Below are positions 38,297-48,403 of a stretch of DNA of 64,000 nt, one piece after another (positions within the stretch are counted from its first letter, which is position 1; each line of letters opens with the position of its first letter). The DNA is taken from contig CBDCNQ010000005.1 in NCBI GenBank assembly GCA_965219445.1, forward strand, positions 288,001 to 352,000, read 5' to 3'. This stretch comes from Longimicrobiales bacterium. Lineage in GTDB: Bacteria; Gemmatimonadota; Gemmatimonadetes; Longimicrobiales; Gaopeijiaceae. Under the pieces are notes generated by a model. That model ran no database searches, was not told where the DNA came from, and saw only the letters and a list, made by a program, of their open reading frames with translations. Both the position numbers and the translations under genes were made by a program.

Positions 38297-41020
38297 ATGA
38301 CTGATCCAGTCACCCGCCTAAACGCAGCCCTCGAAGGCCGCTACTCCATCGAGCGTGAGATAGGCGAAGGCGGCATGGCCACGGTATACCTGGCCAAGGA
38401 CCTGAAGCACAACCGCAACGTCGCGCTCAAGGTTCTCAAGCCCGACCTGGCGGCTGTGGTCGGCGCCGAACGCTTTCTCGCTGAAATCGAGACCACCGCG
38501 AACCTGACTCACCCGCATATCCTGCCGCTGCACGATTCGGGCGAAGCGGATGGCTTCCTGTTCTATGTGATGCCCCACATCGAAGGGGAATCGCTCCGGG
38601 AGCGGATCGACCGCGAGAAGCAACTCGGTGTGGATGACGCACTGGCGATCACGCAGAAGGTTGCGGGCGCACTCGACTACGCGCACGAGAACGGCGTCGT
38701 GCACCGCGACATCAAGCCGGGCAACATCCTACTGAGTGAGCGGGGAGAGCCCCTCATCGCAGACTTCGGTATCGCGCTGGCCGTGGCTCAGGCGGGCGCT
38801 GGGCGCATCACCGAAACCGGCCTCAGCCTCGGGACGCCCCACTACATGTCGCCCGAGCAAGCAACGGGCGACCGAGATGTCGATCCCCGCTCGGATGTCT
38901 ACGCGCTCGGCTGTGTGCTGTACGAGATGCTCGCCGGGCAGCCGCCCTTCTCGGCCACTACAGCCCAAGCGGTGCTGGTGAAGATTCTCACGGTGGATGC
39001 ACCGTCGATCACGAATGAGCGCAGGTCCGTGCCGCTCAACGTCGGCCATGCACTCGCGAGGGCTCTGGAAAAGCTGCCCGCCGACCGCTTCGCGAGCGCG
39101 GCTGAGTTCGCGGCGGCGCTCGGGGATGAGAGCTTCACGTACAGAGTGCGAGCTCAGACATCCGTAATGGCCTCGACCCCGGGGTCGGTGGGCACGCAGG
39201 CGCTGGCCGCGACGCAGGGCACCTGGAATCGGCTGACGGTCGCCTTCGCGACCACCGCCATCCTCCTTGCAGGGTTGGCCGCCTGGGACTGGCTCCGTCC
39301 CGCACCGCAAGCTCCGGCGGTCTACGCCACTCGCCTCCCCATCGACGTTGGTGAGATTGAAATTGGCCGGTTTGAGGAAATCGTCGTGTCGCCGGACGGC
39401 TCACGCTTCGCCGTGACAGGGACGGTTGAAGGCGAGCGGGCTCTATACTGGCGGAGCGCCGATGAGGAGAGCTTCCGAGTGGTCCCTGGAACGGGGGGCG
39501 CTCGCGGAGCGACGTTCTCTCCTGACGGAGATTGGATCGCATATGGCACCGTAGACGGTGCCCTCTTGAAGGTGTCGCTGTCGGGAGGTGCACCGGCTCT
39601 TCTAGTCCGAGCGGGGCGTGTGAGTCAGCTGGTGTATTTCCCCCATTGGGGCGATGACGAGACGATAGTATTTGGCAATCCGATCGGCTCGTTCCAGGTA
39701 CCCGAGACGGGTGGTGAGCTCACGCCTCTCAGCGCGCCAGAGCCGATTCTATTTCCCCATCAGCTTCCGGGTGGCTGGGCGGTGCTCGGAAGCCGGGTCG
39801 CTGGCGGAGTCGTCCTGCTGGATCTCCAGTCAGACACCATGCGCGAGTTGCATCCAATCGGCTTCAAACCGAAATACGTAGAAACGGGCCATATCCTGTA
39901 TCTCGATGGCTCCGGTGGCCTGTGGGCGCTCCCCTTCGATGGAGCGAATGGCGACGTGCTAGGGGATGCCGTCCCGATCTTGGACGGAGTGAGTGTCATA
40001 CCGTTCGGACAATACCGTTTCCCTCGCTATTCGGTCTCGCGAAACGGAACGCTGACGTATGCTGCGGGAGGTGGTGCTGGTGGCGGAGGAGCGGAGTGGC
40101 CGCTCGTGGTAGTGGATCTGGAGGGTAATGAAGAGACTCTCACCCTGAGCCCACGAAGCTTCGGCGAAGTGGCTTGGTCTCCGGATGGACGGTCGGTCGT
40201 TTACCAGAGCACCGCCGAGGGCGATCAGGACCCCGACATCTATACCTACAACGTTGAGACGGGGACGACGCCGAGGCAGCTCACGTTCGAGGGAATCAAC
40301 GTCCGCCCAGTGTTTTCGTCTGACGGGACCCGCGTCGCCTTCGCCTCACAACGGGAATGGACCGACGGATTCGATCTGTTCGTGAAGACCCTGGGCGACG
40401 ACGCGCCGGCTAGATCCCTCATCTCGCGCCCCGGGGATGAATACCCGACCCAATGGCCGTCCGAGACGCTGATCGTGTTCGAGCAGGGGCCGAATCCCTC
40501 GGATCTCTGGATGCTCGATCTCTCAAACCCGGACAGCGTGAGAGCCGAAGTGTACCTACCCCTGGAAGCTGACCTCGACGACATCGTGGTCTCCCCAGAC
40601 GGTGCCCTCGCGGCGTATGCGTCCAACGAGTCGGGAAGTGATGAGATCTACATCCGGAGCTTTCCTGAACCCGGTGAACGGACACTCGTGTCGCAGGGTG
40701 GAGGGCAATACCCCCTCTGGTCACCGGACGGCAACACCGTCTACTACTGGGGCCTATCGGAAATTCCGGGAGCCCAGGACACCTTCATGGCTGCCCGCAT
40801 TCAACGAGATCCGACGCCGGTGGTGCTGACCAGGGACTCCTTGTTCACGGGGGAATACTACCGACCCGGCTCAGACCTCCATCCCGACGGGGACCGTGTG
40901 GTAGTCCCGCGAACTCCAGACCAAGCAGCCACCGACCTGGAAGGCGTGGCTTCAGGGTCAGAGCGATTCCTGGTCGTCACGAACTGGTTCGAGGAGCTTC
41001 GCGGGCGGGTGGGCAATTGA
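38297..41020 (+). CDS. Hanks-type Ser/Thr kinase with TM helix and TolB/PD40-like beta-propeller
   Basis: GEGGMATVY, HRDIKPGN, DFG and GTPHYMSPE; ends NWFEELR. Confidence 0.93.
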   Translation: MTDPVTRLNAALEGRYSIEREIGEGGMATVYLAKDLKHNRNVALKVLKPDLAAVVGAERFLAEIETTANLTHPHILPLHDSGEADGFLFYVMPHIEGESLRERIDREKQLGVDDALAITQKVAGALDYAHENGVVHRDIKPGNILLSERGEPLIADFGIALAVAQAGAGRITETGLSLGTPHYMSPEQATGDRDVDPRSDVYALGCVLYEMLAGQPPFSATTAQAVLVKILTVDAPSITNERRSVPLNVGHALARALEKLPADRFASAAEFAAALGDESFTYRVRAQTSVMASTPGSVGTQALAATQGTWNRLTVAFATTAILLAGLAAWDWLRPAPQAPAVYATRLPIDVGEIEIGRFEEIVVSPDGSRFAVTGTVEGERALYWRSADEESFRVVPGTGGARGATFSPDGDWIAYGTVDGALLKVSLSGGAPALLVRAGRVSQLVYFPHWGDDETIVFGNPIGSFQVPETGGELTPLSAPEPILFPHQLPGGWAVLGSRVAGGVVLLDLQSDTMRELHPIGFKPKYVETGHILYLDGSGGLWALPFDGANGDVLGDAVPILDGVSVIPFGQYRFPRYSVSRNGTLTYAAGGGAGGGGAEWPLVVVDLEGNEETLTLSPRSFGEVAWSPDGRSVVYQSTAEGDQDPDIYTYNVETGTTPRQLTFEGINVRPVFSSDGTRVAFASQREWTDGFDLFVKTLGDDAPARSLISRPGDEYPTQWPSETLIVFEQGPNPSDLWMLDLSNPDSVRAEVYLPLEADLDDIVVSPDGALAAYASNESGSDEIYIRSFPEPGERTLVSQGGGQYPLWSPDGNTVYYWGLSEIPGAQDTFMAARIQRDPTPVVLTRDSLFTGEYYRPGSDLHPDGDRVVVPRTPDQAATDLEGVASGSERFLVVTNWFEELRGRVGN

Positions 41021-41036
41021 AGGCTAGGGACGCGCC

Positions 41037-41747
41037 GTGCAAACGATAATCGAGTGGCTGGGCACATGGATCAACAGCGGGTTCGGCCTGGCTCTTCGGC
41101 TTGACCTCCTCGTTCGACTGGCGCTGGCCGTCGTCCTCGGTGGAGCGATTGGATGGGAGCGCGAGGCCAGTGGCAAACCGGCGGGGTTGCGGACCAACAT
41201 CTTGATTTGTGTGGGTGCGACTCTGCTCACCGATTTGTCCATCCGCTTCGGCGGACTCGCGATAGGCCGTGGAATCGGAGATCCAGCGCGCATCGCCGCT
41301 CAGATCGTAACGGGCATCGGGTTTCTCGGAGCGGGTACGATCATTCAGGCGCGTGGCACCGTTACCGGACTCACGACAGCGGCAACCCTCTGGGTCGTCG
41401 CGGGGATCGGCATGGCGGTAGGGAGCGACTCCTACGTCGAAGCCGTGGGAGCAACGCTGCTCGTGCTCGTCGTTTTGATTCTGCTGACACCGATGGAGAA
41501 GGCCATCGCCCTCCGTCGTCCGGCACATTTCCGGATAGTTCTCGAACCCGTTGCCGGTGCCGGTGAGATCGTGGAAGAGGACGTCCTGGAGGTGGGCCTG
41601 CGGATCATTCGCCGGCGAATCGAAAAGGACGCCAAGCTTCGGTCTGTCATTCTGCATCTTTGGGTCAGGGGTCGGCCGAAGGACATACGGGTGGCGCAGG
41701 AGCGATTGGTGGTGAGAGAGGACGTCGCGGGCTTCTACATAGACTAA
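41037..41747 (+). CDS. MgtC/SapB family membrane protein
   Basis: IGWERE...AGLRT; DPARIAAQIVTGIGFLGAG; GLTTAATLW. Confidence 0.9.
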   Translation: MQTIIEWLGTWINSGFGLALRLDLLVRLALAVVLGGAIGWEREASGKPAGLRTNILICVGATLLTDLSIRFGGLAIGRGIGDPARIAAQIVTGIGFLGAGTIIQARGTVTGLTTAATLWVVAGIGMAVGSDSYVEAVGATLLVLVVLILLTPMEKAIALRRPAHFRIVLEPVAGAGEIVEEDVLEVGLRIIRRRIEKDAKLRSVILHLWVRGRPKDIRVAQERLVVREDVAGFYID

Positions 41748-41768
41748 CCCGCGATACCGGACAAACAG

Positions 41769-41900
41769 TTGCGCCTAGCGGCCCACACTCGGATGTTGAG
41801 CGCAGTCTGATCCCGGAGTGCGTGCATGTCCGATCCAGTCGCTCGCCTGAACACCGCCCTCGAAGGCCGCTACGCCGTCGAGCGTGAGCACGACCGATGA
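41769..41900 (+). pseudogene. Kinase promoter plus 5' stub (MSDPVARLNTALEGRYAVERE...*)
   Basis: 119-bp near-copy of 55498-55616; ATG at 41826; its TGA overlaps ATG 41897. Confidence 0.85.
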
Positions 41901-42704
41901 GTCGCAGACTCTCAGCTGGTCTCATGCTCGCGGTAGCAGTGCTTGTCCATCTGGAACCATGTCACCTTGGATGACCCCCGCCGTCGATACCCAACGCGGG
42001 CTGTTCATCTTCGGGATCGGCTCCAGCGCGCCTCAGCAGCCCGAGTTGGCCGGAACCGACGGGGAGTGGCCCGATCGACTCTACCACGGATCGACCGTGG
42101 CCCTCGAAGCCCGTACGGGTGAGCTCGTGTGGTGGGCGCAGCACCACACGGACATGTGGAACAACGATGCCGTATACGACAGGATTCTCGTCGATTCTCC
42201 GGTGACGCCCGATCCCCCCGACGCCCTCGGTGTGAACCCGGACATCACACCTGGGGAGACCCGGGAGCTCGTCGTGGGCTCCTTCTCGAAGGACGCCATC
42301 TTCTACGCCTATGACAGGAGCGATGGCACATTCCTGTATGCGAGGCCCACCGCCTACCAGAACGTCATCCAGGGTTATGACGGTAGGACCGGCGCTTTCA
42401 TCACGAATCCCGACGCGGTCATGATCGCCGACGAGGACCGTGAGACTACGATTTGTAGGGAGAATAGACAGATTCCCCAGGGAGCCTACAGCCCGCTGAG
42501 GCCCTGTGGGAGACGATCCTCAACGGGGTGAGCGACATGGCGCCCATCACCTACTCCGTAGACGGTCGGCAATACATCGCGGTGATCTCGCCCGGGGGTA
42601 CGGCCGGATCGGCCCGCCACGTTGGCCAGCTGCGCGCTCGGGTGCCGATCGGGCAGAGAAACGTAGGGCATGCGTTGTTCGTCTTCGCGTTGCCCGAGGA
42701 GTGA
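41897..42704 (+). pseudogene. PQQ-dependent alcohol-dehydrogenase-type pseudogene with two internal deletions/frameshifts
   Basis: Signal MSRRLSAGLMLAVAVL, middle WMTPAVD...WNNDA...AYSPL and C-terminus APITYSVDGRQYIAV...FVFALPEE* are joined by frame changes. Confidence 0.75.
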
Positions 42705-42733
42705 TTTGGGGCGGGCCGTCCATGGACGGCCTG

Positions 42734-44137
42734 TCAGCTATCCGTCAGCGCGGCTCGCATCTCGGCCCGTGAGGTGAACTTCACGCGAGGCCGCCCACCA
42801 GCCTCGCCTCGCGACTGCTCCAGCGCATCCAATCGGCTCCAGTCGTCATAGTTCACCAGGTGGGGTTGGCGCACCCGAACTAGTGCGTCGAGGGCCGATG
42901 GATCGGGATTCGCTGGATCGAGGACGCAGGACGACCCGGCGTCTTCCAGCATGGCGCCGGCGGTCTCCGTCCCGTCTTTTTTGTTCGTTCCGATCACTCC
43001 GGTCGGCCCGCGCTTGATCCAGCCGCTGACGTACATCCCCCGCATCGGTTGCCCGTTCTCTGGCTCGGTCACTCGGCCGCCCTCATTCGGGATCACTCCC
43101 CAACTCTCGTGGAATGGAAGACCCTCCATGGGGAGGCCCCGGTATCCGACCGATCGAAAGACCAGGTCCACGGGAAGCTCTTCGGTCTGCTCAGTGGCGC
43201 GAGGGCGCAGTTTCCCCCCGTCCGAGATGAGCTCGTTCTTCACGATTTTCATGGCCCGGAGCCTACCGTCGTCGCCGGCAATCAGCTCGGTGGGTGAGAC
43301 CAAGAACCGCAGGCTCAGCAAGCGCTCCTTACCCTCACGGGACCGCTGGGCGAAGTCTTCGAGAATCGCAAACTTCTTCTGCAGAGTGTCGTCATCCGTG
43401 TTCTCGAGTTCGGCCTGGCTGCGGGGATCGAGGCGCACGTCTTCCGGAGGGACGTGGATATCCGCTCCCTCGAGCTCGCCCAGTTCCCGCACTTCCGGAT
43501 TCGTGAAGGCGGCTTGGAGGGGCCCGCGCCGGCCGAGCATGGTCACCTCGCGCACTTTGCTCTGGCTCAACGCTTCGAGCGCGTGGTCGGCGATGTCGGT
43601 CTCCGCCAACTCATCGGGTGTGCGGCATAAGATCCGTGCGACGTCAACCGCGACGTTTCCGACGCCCACCACGGCGACACGCTCGGCGGAGAAATCGAAC
43701 TGATGGTCCCGGTAGTCCGGGTGGCCGTTGAACCACGCCACGAATTCGGTGGCGGTGTGGCTTCCGGTGAGATCCTCGCCGGGGATCCCCATCCGCCGAT
43801 CTGTCTCTGCGCCGGTGGCAAAGCAGATCTGGTGAAAGTGCTGGCTGAGGTCGGTCAGGCTGATGTCCTTTCCCACCTGCACATCGCCGAAGAACCGGAA
43901 CGTCTCTTGCTGGGCGATGCGGTCGAACACCCGCGTGACGTTCTTGATCTTCTGGTGATCCGGGGCGACACCAAAACGCACGAGGCCGAAAGGAGTCGGG
44001 AGACGATCGAACATGTCGACCTGGACGTGAACATCGCTCTGCTTGAGAAGGTGGTCGGCGGTATAAAACCCGGCCGGCCCCGACCCGATGATAGCCACCC
44101 TGAGCGGGTAGTCCACTGTCCCCAATTCCGACGTCAT
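42734..44137 (-). CDS. fprA: NADPH-ferredoxin reductase (adrenodoxin reductase-like)
   Basis: IIGSGPAG, GVAPDH, GVGNVAVDVAR, GRRG and GWIKRGPTGVIGTN. Confidence 0.88.
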   Translation of the reverse strand: MTSELGTVDYPLRVAIIGSGPAGFYTADHLLKQSDVHVQVDMFDRLPTPFGLVRFGVAPDHQKIKNVTRVFDRIAQQETFRFFGDVQVGKDISLTDLSQHFHQICFATGAETDRRMGIPGEDLTGSHTATEFVAWFNGHPDYRDHQFDFSAERVAVVGVGNVAVDVARILCRTPDELAETDIADHALEALSQSKVREVTMLGRRGPLQAAFTNPEVRELGELEGADIHVPPEDVRLDPRSQAELENTDDDTLQKKFAILEDFAQRSREGKERLLSLRFLVSPTELIAGDDGRLRAMKIVKNELISDGGKLRPRATEQTEELPVDLVFRSVGYRGLPMEGLPFHESWGVIPNEGGRVTEPENGQPMRGMYVSGWIKRGPTGVIGTNKKDGTETAGAMLEDAGSSCVLDPANPDPSALDALVRVRQPHLVNYDDWSRLDALEQSRGEAGGRPRVKFTSRAEMRAALTDS

Positions 44138-44288
44138 GAACGCTCCTTGCCAGTCGACCAAACGGCCCGAATGATAGCCACTTTGGCGCCTCACCGGCAC
44201 CCGAATACCGGGTGCTCGCCATGCTGTGTCGTCGTGGAGGAGCTGGTCCGGGTCTACCGCTAGGTTGTGGGTGCCCCTAGAGCCGCAC

Positions 44289-44356
44289 GCGGCCCTAGAA
44301 GGCCGCTACTCCATCGAGCGAGAGCCCGGCGAAAGCGGAATGGCGACGGTCTACCG
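44289..44356 (+). pseudogene. Kinase 5' stub lacking its start (AALEGRYSIEREPGESGMATVY)
   Basis: Near-identical in translation to the start of the 38297 kinase. Confidence 0.85.
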
Positions 44357-44373
44357 TCGAGAGGTCCGTCCGA

Positions 44374-45042
44374 TCAACGCTGCGCTGGCCACCCCGTGTC
44401 GAGCGGCAGTGCCGGGTCCGGGGTAATCTGCAGATGCGCGCATTTGTGATACGAGTATCCACCCGGATTGTTGAACGCGTGCTCGTCCATATGCTGCACG
44501 ACTTGCAGGATGCACTTCTCGCAGCTGATGTTCGGCAGTCTTATGTCCGCCTCCCAGGGATCCAACCGACCCTGCGGCCGCGTGGGTTGGCCCTCAGAAT
44601 CAAAACTCGAATGGACGAACAGGCCATCGGCGAGCACGGGAATCTGCGGCGGATCCTGAATTTCAGCCGACACGGACCAAGGCCCCCTTTCGCTATCTCT
44701 CGTCGTAGTTACCGGGTCAAGCGGCAACTCGGCGGGCGAGTTCACCGCCAACGCTACCCGGTAATGGCCCGGGTGGTACACGGTTTCCTGAATCTTTAGA
44801 TGCAGATTCTGGCCCCCTACGACTTGGGTGATGGCCCAGCTCGGCGTGCCCCAATCGGTATTGGTACCCCCGCAGGGGCCTGCTTTCTGCGGGTCCCCGC
44901 GGTCGTTTGTGACGAGCGAAGGGGCGGGCTCCAAAAGCTTGAAGTGGGTGGAGGTGCTGGGAAGCTTGTAGTGGGCGGAGGCACTCGGCGCGGCGATCGC
45001 CAGCCCGACAACCAGGAGTGGAAATCGAATAGAGTTTCTCAT
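44374..45042 (-). CDS. Secreted LPMO-like (SCE4755-family) putative copper protein
   Basis: Signal ends ASA|H; DPQKAGPCGG, ETVYHPGHYRVA, CEKCILQVVQ and YHKCA. Confidence 0.7.
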   Translation of the reverse strand: MRNSIRFPLLVVGLAIAAPSASAHYKLPSTSTHFKLLEPAPSLVTNDRGDPQKAGPCGGTNTDWGTPSWAITQVVGGQNLHLKIQETVYHPGHYRVALAVNSPAELPLDPVTTTRDSERGPWSVSAEIQDPPQIPVLADGLFVHSSFDSEGQPTRPQGRLDPWEADIRLPNISCEKCILQVVQHMDEHAFNNPGGYSYHKCAHLQITPDPALPLDTGWPAQR

Positions 45043-45193
45043 CGAAACACTTCCTTTGAAGGTGAAATGGTGCGGTGCAAGGGCTCGCGTGATACTATCG
45101 CTGCGACGGCAGTGGTTCAAGAGCCGCCAACGGAGAAGGAACAGCGCGCCTAACGCGGCGAAATCAATAAGAATAATGAGCTTATGAGATATC

Positions 45194-47584
45194 ATGATTG
45201 ATCACGACCTCGAAATTGCCCCTTATGGGAGTGGCCCTTGGGAAGGGAGGCTTAGCTGGCTCTCATGCTTGTCGGTCATTGCTGTGATCTGTGCCGTGGC
45301 GGCCGAGCCCGTTTCTGCGCAAAGCGAGGCGGCTGGAGCGCCGAGGCCGACCGTTGGCGGGGCTGTGCGGATGTCGGCGGGCCGCATTTCGGAGGGTCCG
45401 AGTGCAGAGAACTGGCGGGATCCGTTGGTCTGGGGGGAAGCTGAGGTCATCAGCAACTTCATCCAGAACGAGCCGATCGAAGGGTCACCCGCCTCGGAGC
45501 GGACCGAAGTGAGGGTCGCTTTCGACGAGGAAGCGATCTACGTCGGGGCGTGGCTCTACGACTCGGAGCCGAGTCAGATCATCCTTGGGGAGCAGCGTCG
45601 GGACGCGAGTCTCACTCGCTTCGACGCGTTCCTCCTCGTTTTAGACACGTATAACGACCGCGAGAACGGTTTCGTTTTCGCAACGAATCCGGGAGGGATC
45701 GAGCACGACGGACAGGTGATCGACGAAGGTCGGCAAACCGGAAGGGGTAGCGGCGGCGCTCGCGGGAACAGAGGACGCCAGCAGGGCGGCGCTCAGGGGG
45801 GTTTCAACGTCAACTGGGATGGCAGCTGGACGGTATCGACGGACCGCGACGAGCGGGGTTGGTACGCCTTTTTCCGAATACCATTCTCCACCCTTCGGTA
45901 CGGGGCGGGAACGGAGCAGGAGTGGGGAGTCAACTTCGGCCGATATATCGGCCGAAAGAACGAGCAGGTGTACTGGGCTCCACTCGCTCGTCAGGACAAC
46001 CTCTACCGGGTGTCGTACGCGGGGGTGCTGGAGGGGCTAAGCGTGCCTGCCCAGCGGTTGATCACCATGACCCCCTATGCCCTCAGCTCAGCGCAGAAAG
46101 TCCCGGCCACCGGCCCGGCGGTCGACTATCCATTCGAGGTGGGCGCCGACGCGAAGGTTGGAATTACTCCAGCCCTTTCGCTCGATCTGACGGTGAACAC
46201 CGACTTCGCACAGGTCGAGGTGGACAACGAGCAGGTGGATCTGACCCGATTCAGCCTGTTCTTCCCGGAGAAACGTCCCTTCTTCCTCGAGAATGCCGGA
46301 CGATTCGCGGTTGGCAATAACCAGTCGGCTCAGATGTTTTTCAGTCGAAGGATCGGGATCGGAGAGGGTGGGGCGCCCGTCCCGATCGAGTGGGGGAGCC
46401 GCTTGAGCGGGCGGGTGGCGGGCCTCGACGTGGGGCTGATTCACATGCGCACAGAGGCAGTCGAGGGCGGGACGCCGGGGAATGGCTACTCGGTAGCTCG
46501 TCTGGCCCGTGAGCTTCCGAACCGCTCCGGAGTAGGCGTGATGTTCACTGAGCGCTCCTCTATCGGCGTCGGGAACGACCATGGACGTACCTTCGCGGCA
46601 GATACCAACATCGGCATCGGCGAATTCTTCAACTTCACTGGTGTGGTGGGAGCGACGACGTCGAGCGTTCCGGGTGAGGCAACCCCGACCGACGGTCGTG
46701 AAGCGATTATCCTCACGGCCAACTACCGGGACTCGGACTGGCAGTTCAGAAGCTCCTACGATCGGATCGGTGCGAACTTCAATCCCGAGGTCGGTTTCCT
46801 CCGCCGCTCGGACTTCCAACAGGTGTCGGGGACGATTTGGCGCGACATCCGGGTGCCCTCATCGGACTGGATTCGGCAGTTTAGTCCCCACACGAGCTAC
46901 ACCGTTGCGTACGGAATAGAAAGTGGAGTCAAGGAGACCGCCACATGGCACATGCATACGATGATGAACCTCGAGAACGGCGGCCAGTTTAGTTTCGCGG
47001 GCGACTGGATCTTCGATGGACTCACCGAGCCACTGAATCTTACAACGGGCGTCGATGACGCGGGCGACCAAACCTTCGTTGAAGTGCCAACTGGGGAGTA
47101 CTCCGGTTGGCTGTTCAATCCCACGGTCAACACGAGCAGTCAGGTGCCCGTCGTGTGGCGTACGAATCTCCTGCTCGGACAGTTCTTCTCTGGGACTCGC
47201 AAAGGCGGGAGCACGTCGCTGTCGTTTCAGTTCGGGGGTGCGCTGACCGGAGCGATCGCTCTGGAGTACAACAGGATCGAACTTCCGGGGCCGGGAGGGA
47301 AATTCGATGCCACCTTGCTCAGCAACCGGATTGGCTACTCGTTCAGCCCCACCCTCTACGTTCAGTCCCTCGTCCAATACAATACGCAGACGGCGGTTTG
47401 GTCGGGAAACCTCCGGTTCGGCTGGGTTGATACGGCGGGGACGGGTCTATTCATCGTCTTCAATGAGCGGCAGAGTGAGAGGCTTGCGGGCCTCACCAGT
47501 AGCCTACTCGAGCGGACAGTCTCGATAAAGTTCAGTCGACAGCTGAATTTGGCTCGAATCGGGCGCGATTTGTTCGGCTCGTAG
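45194..47584 (+). CDS. CBM9-like plus DUF5916 outer-membrane/secreted protein
   Basis: TEVRV, LDTYND..NGF.F..NP.G and TVNTDFAQVEVD..LTRFSLFFPEKRPFFLE. Confidence 0.8.
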   Translation: MIDHDLEIAPYGSGPWEGRLSWLSCLSVIAVICAVAAEPVSAQSEAAGAPRPTVGGAVRMSAGRISEGPSAENWRDPLVWGEAEVISNFIQNEPIEGSPASERTEVRVAFDEEAIYVGAWLYDSEPSQIILGEQRRDASLTRFDAFLLVLDTYNDRENGFVFATNPGGIEHDGQVIDEGRQTGRGSGGARGNRGRQQGGAQGGFNVNWDGSWTVSTDRDERGWYAFFRIPFSTLRYGAGTEQEWGVNFGRYIGRKNEQVYWAPLARQDNLYRVSYAGVLEGLSVPAQRLITMTPYALSSAQKVPATGPAVDYPFEVGADAKVGITPALSLDLTVNTDFAQVEVDNEQVDLTRFSLFFPEKRPFFLENAGRFAVGNNQSAQMFFSRRIGIGEGGAPVPIEWGSRLSGRVAGLDVGLIHMRTEAVEGGTPGNGYSVARLARELPNRSGVGVMFTERSSIGVGNDHGRTFAADTNIGIGEFFNFTGVVGATTSSVPGEATPTDGREAIILTANYRDSDWQFRSSYDRIGANFNPEVGFLRRSDFQQVSGTIWRDIRVPSSDWIRQFSPHTSYTVAYGIESGVKETATWHMHTMMNLENGGQFSFAGDWIFDGLTEPLNLTTGVDDAGDQTFVEVPTGEYSGWLFNPTVNTSSQVPVVWRTNLLLGQFFSGTRKGGSTSLSFQFGGALTGAIALEYNRIELPGPGGKFDATLLSNRIGYSFSPTLYVQSLVQYNTQTAVWSGNLRFGWVDTAGTGLFIVFNERQSERLAGLTSSLLERTVSIKFSRQLNLARIGRDLFGS

Positions 47585-47614
47585 TCAGCAGGTTCAGACT
47601 CTTGGCTGCATCTC

Positions 47615-48367
47615 CTACGGCTGCGGTTGTATGAAGACGCGGGCGAGACTTTGCGGGTCGGGTTGGAGTTCGTCATCTCCCGCCGGTATCCTGCCGACAT
47701 TGAGCATGTAGGCGATGACATCGACATACTCCTGGTCAGTCAGAGAGTTCGGATTGTCTTCAGGCATCGTCGCCCGCGTGTATTCGAACAGGGTGGCGAG
47801 CGATCTTCCCTCCCAGACGCGCACGAACCGCGCCCGCGCCAGAGGGGGCGTTGACCGCATATCCGGATCGTCCGGAGCGCCATTCAATCTGCGGCCATGA
47901 CACGCACCACAGGCACCCGGGTACACCGCCTGGCCCCGTTCCGCCTGTGCCTCAGTGAATACGCCATCCCAGACCGATGCCATTTGGCCGGTTTCCTCGA
48001 GGCCCTCTAGCACCGCTGCTACTTCTTCGGTGCTCACACTGCTAAAGTCGTTGGCCCACGCGTTGCGAATGTAATTTGCCAAAGAGGAGATTTCCTCCGC
48101 GCCCAGATCAGGGAATGGAGGCATGCGGCTCGTGCCCTGATGGATAGTGCTGACAATCCGGACGGGGTCCCCGAGTTGATCATTGCCGCTCAAGGCTGGG
48201 AACGTCGGCGGATCCCCGACGCCTGAGTCCTGATGGCAAAGCGCGCAGTTCTCCTGGTAGAGTTGCTGCCCTTGCTCGAATAGGACCGTGTCGATCCCTT
48301 GTTGTGCAACGGCAACCGGGGCGATGACGAACACCAGACCCAGAACACCAACCACGAGCTTCAACAT
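47615..48367 (-). CDS. Diheme cytochrome c
   Basis: Signal peptide; CALCH and CGACH, each followed by a distal MP. Confidence 0.88.
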   Translation of the reverse strand: MLKLVVGVLGLVFVIAPVAVAQQGIDTVLFEQGQQLYQENCALCHQDSGVGDPPTFPALSGNDQLGDPVRIVSTIHQGTSRMPPFPDLGAEEISSLANYIRNAWANDFSSVSTEEVAAVLEGLEETGQMASVWDGVFTEAQAERGQAVYPGACGACHGRRLNGAPDDPDMRSTPPLARARFVRVWEGRSLATLFEYTRATMPEDNPNSLTDQEYVDVIAYMLNVGRIPAGDDELQPDPQSLARVFIQPQP

Positions 48368-48403
48368 CAGAGGTACTCTCCCATTTCGTGGCGGGGTCTG
48401 GAA

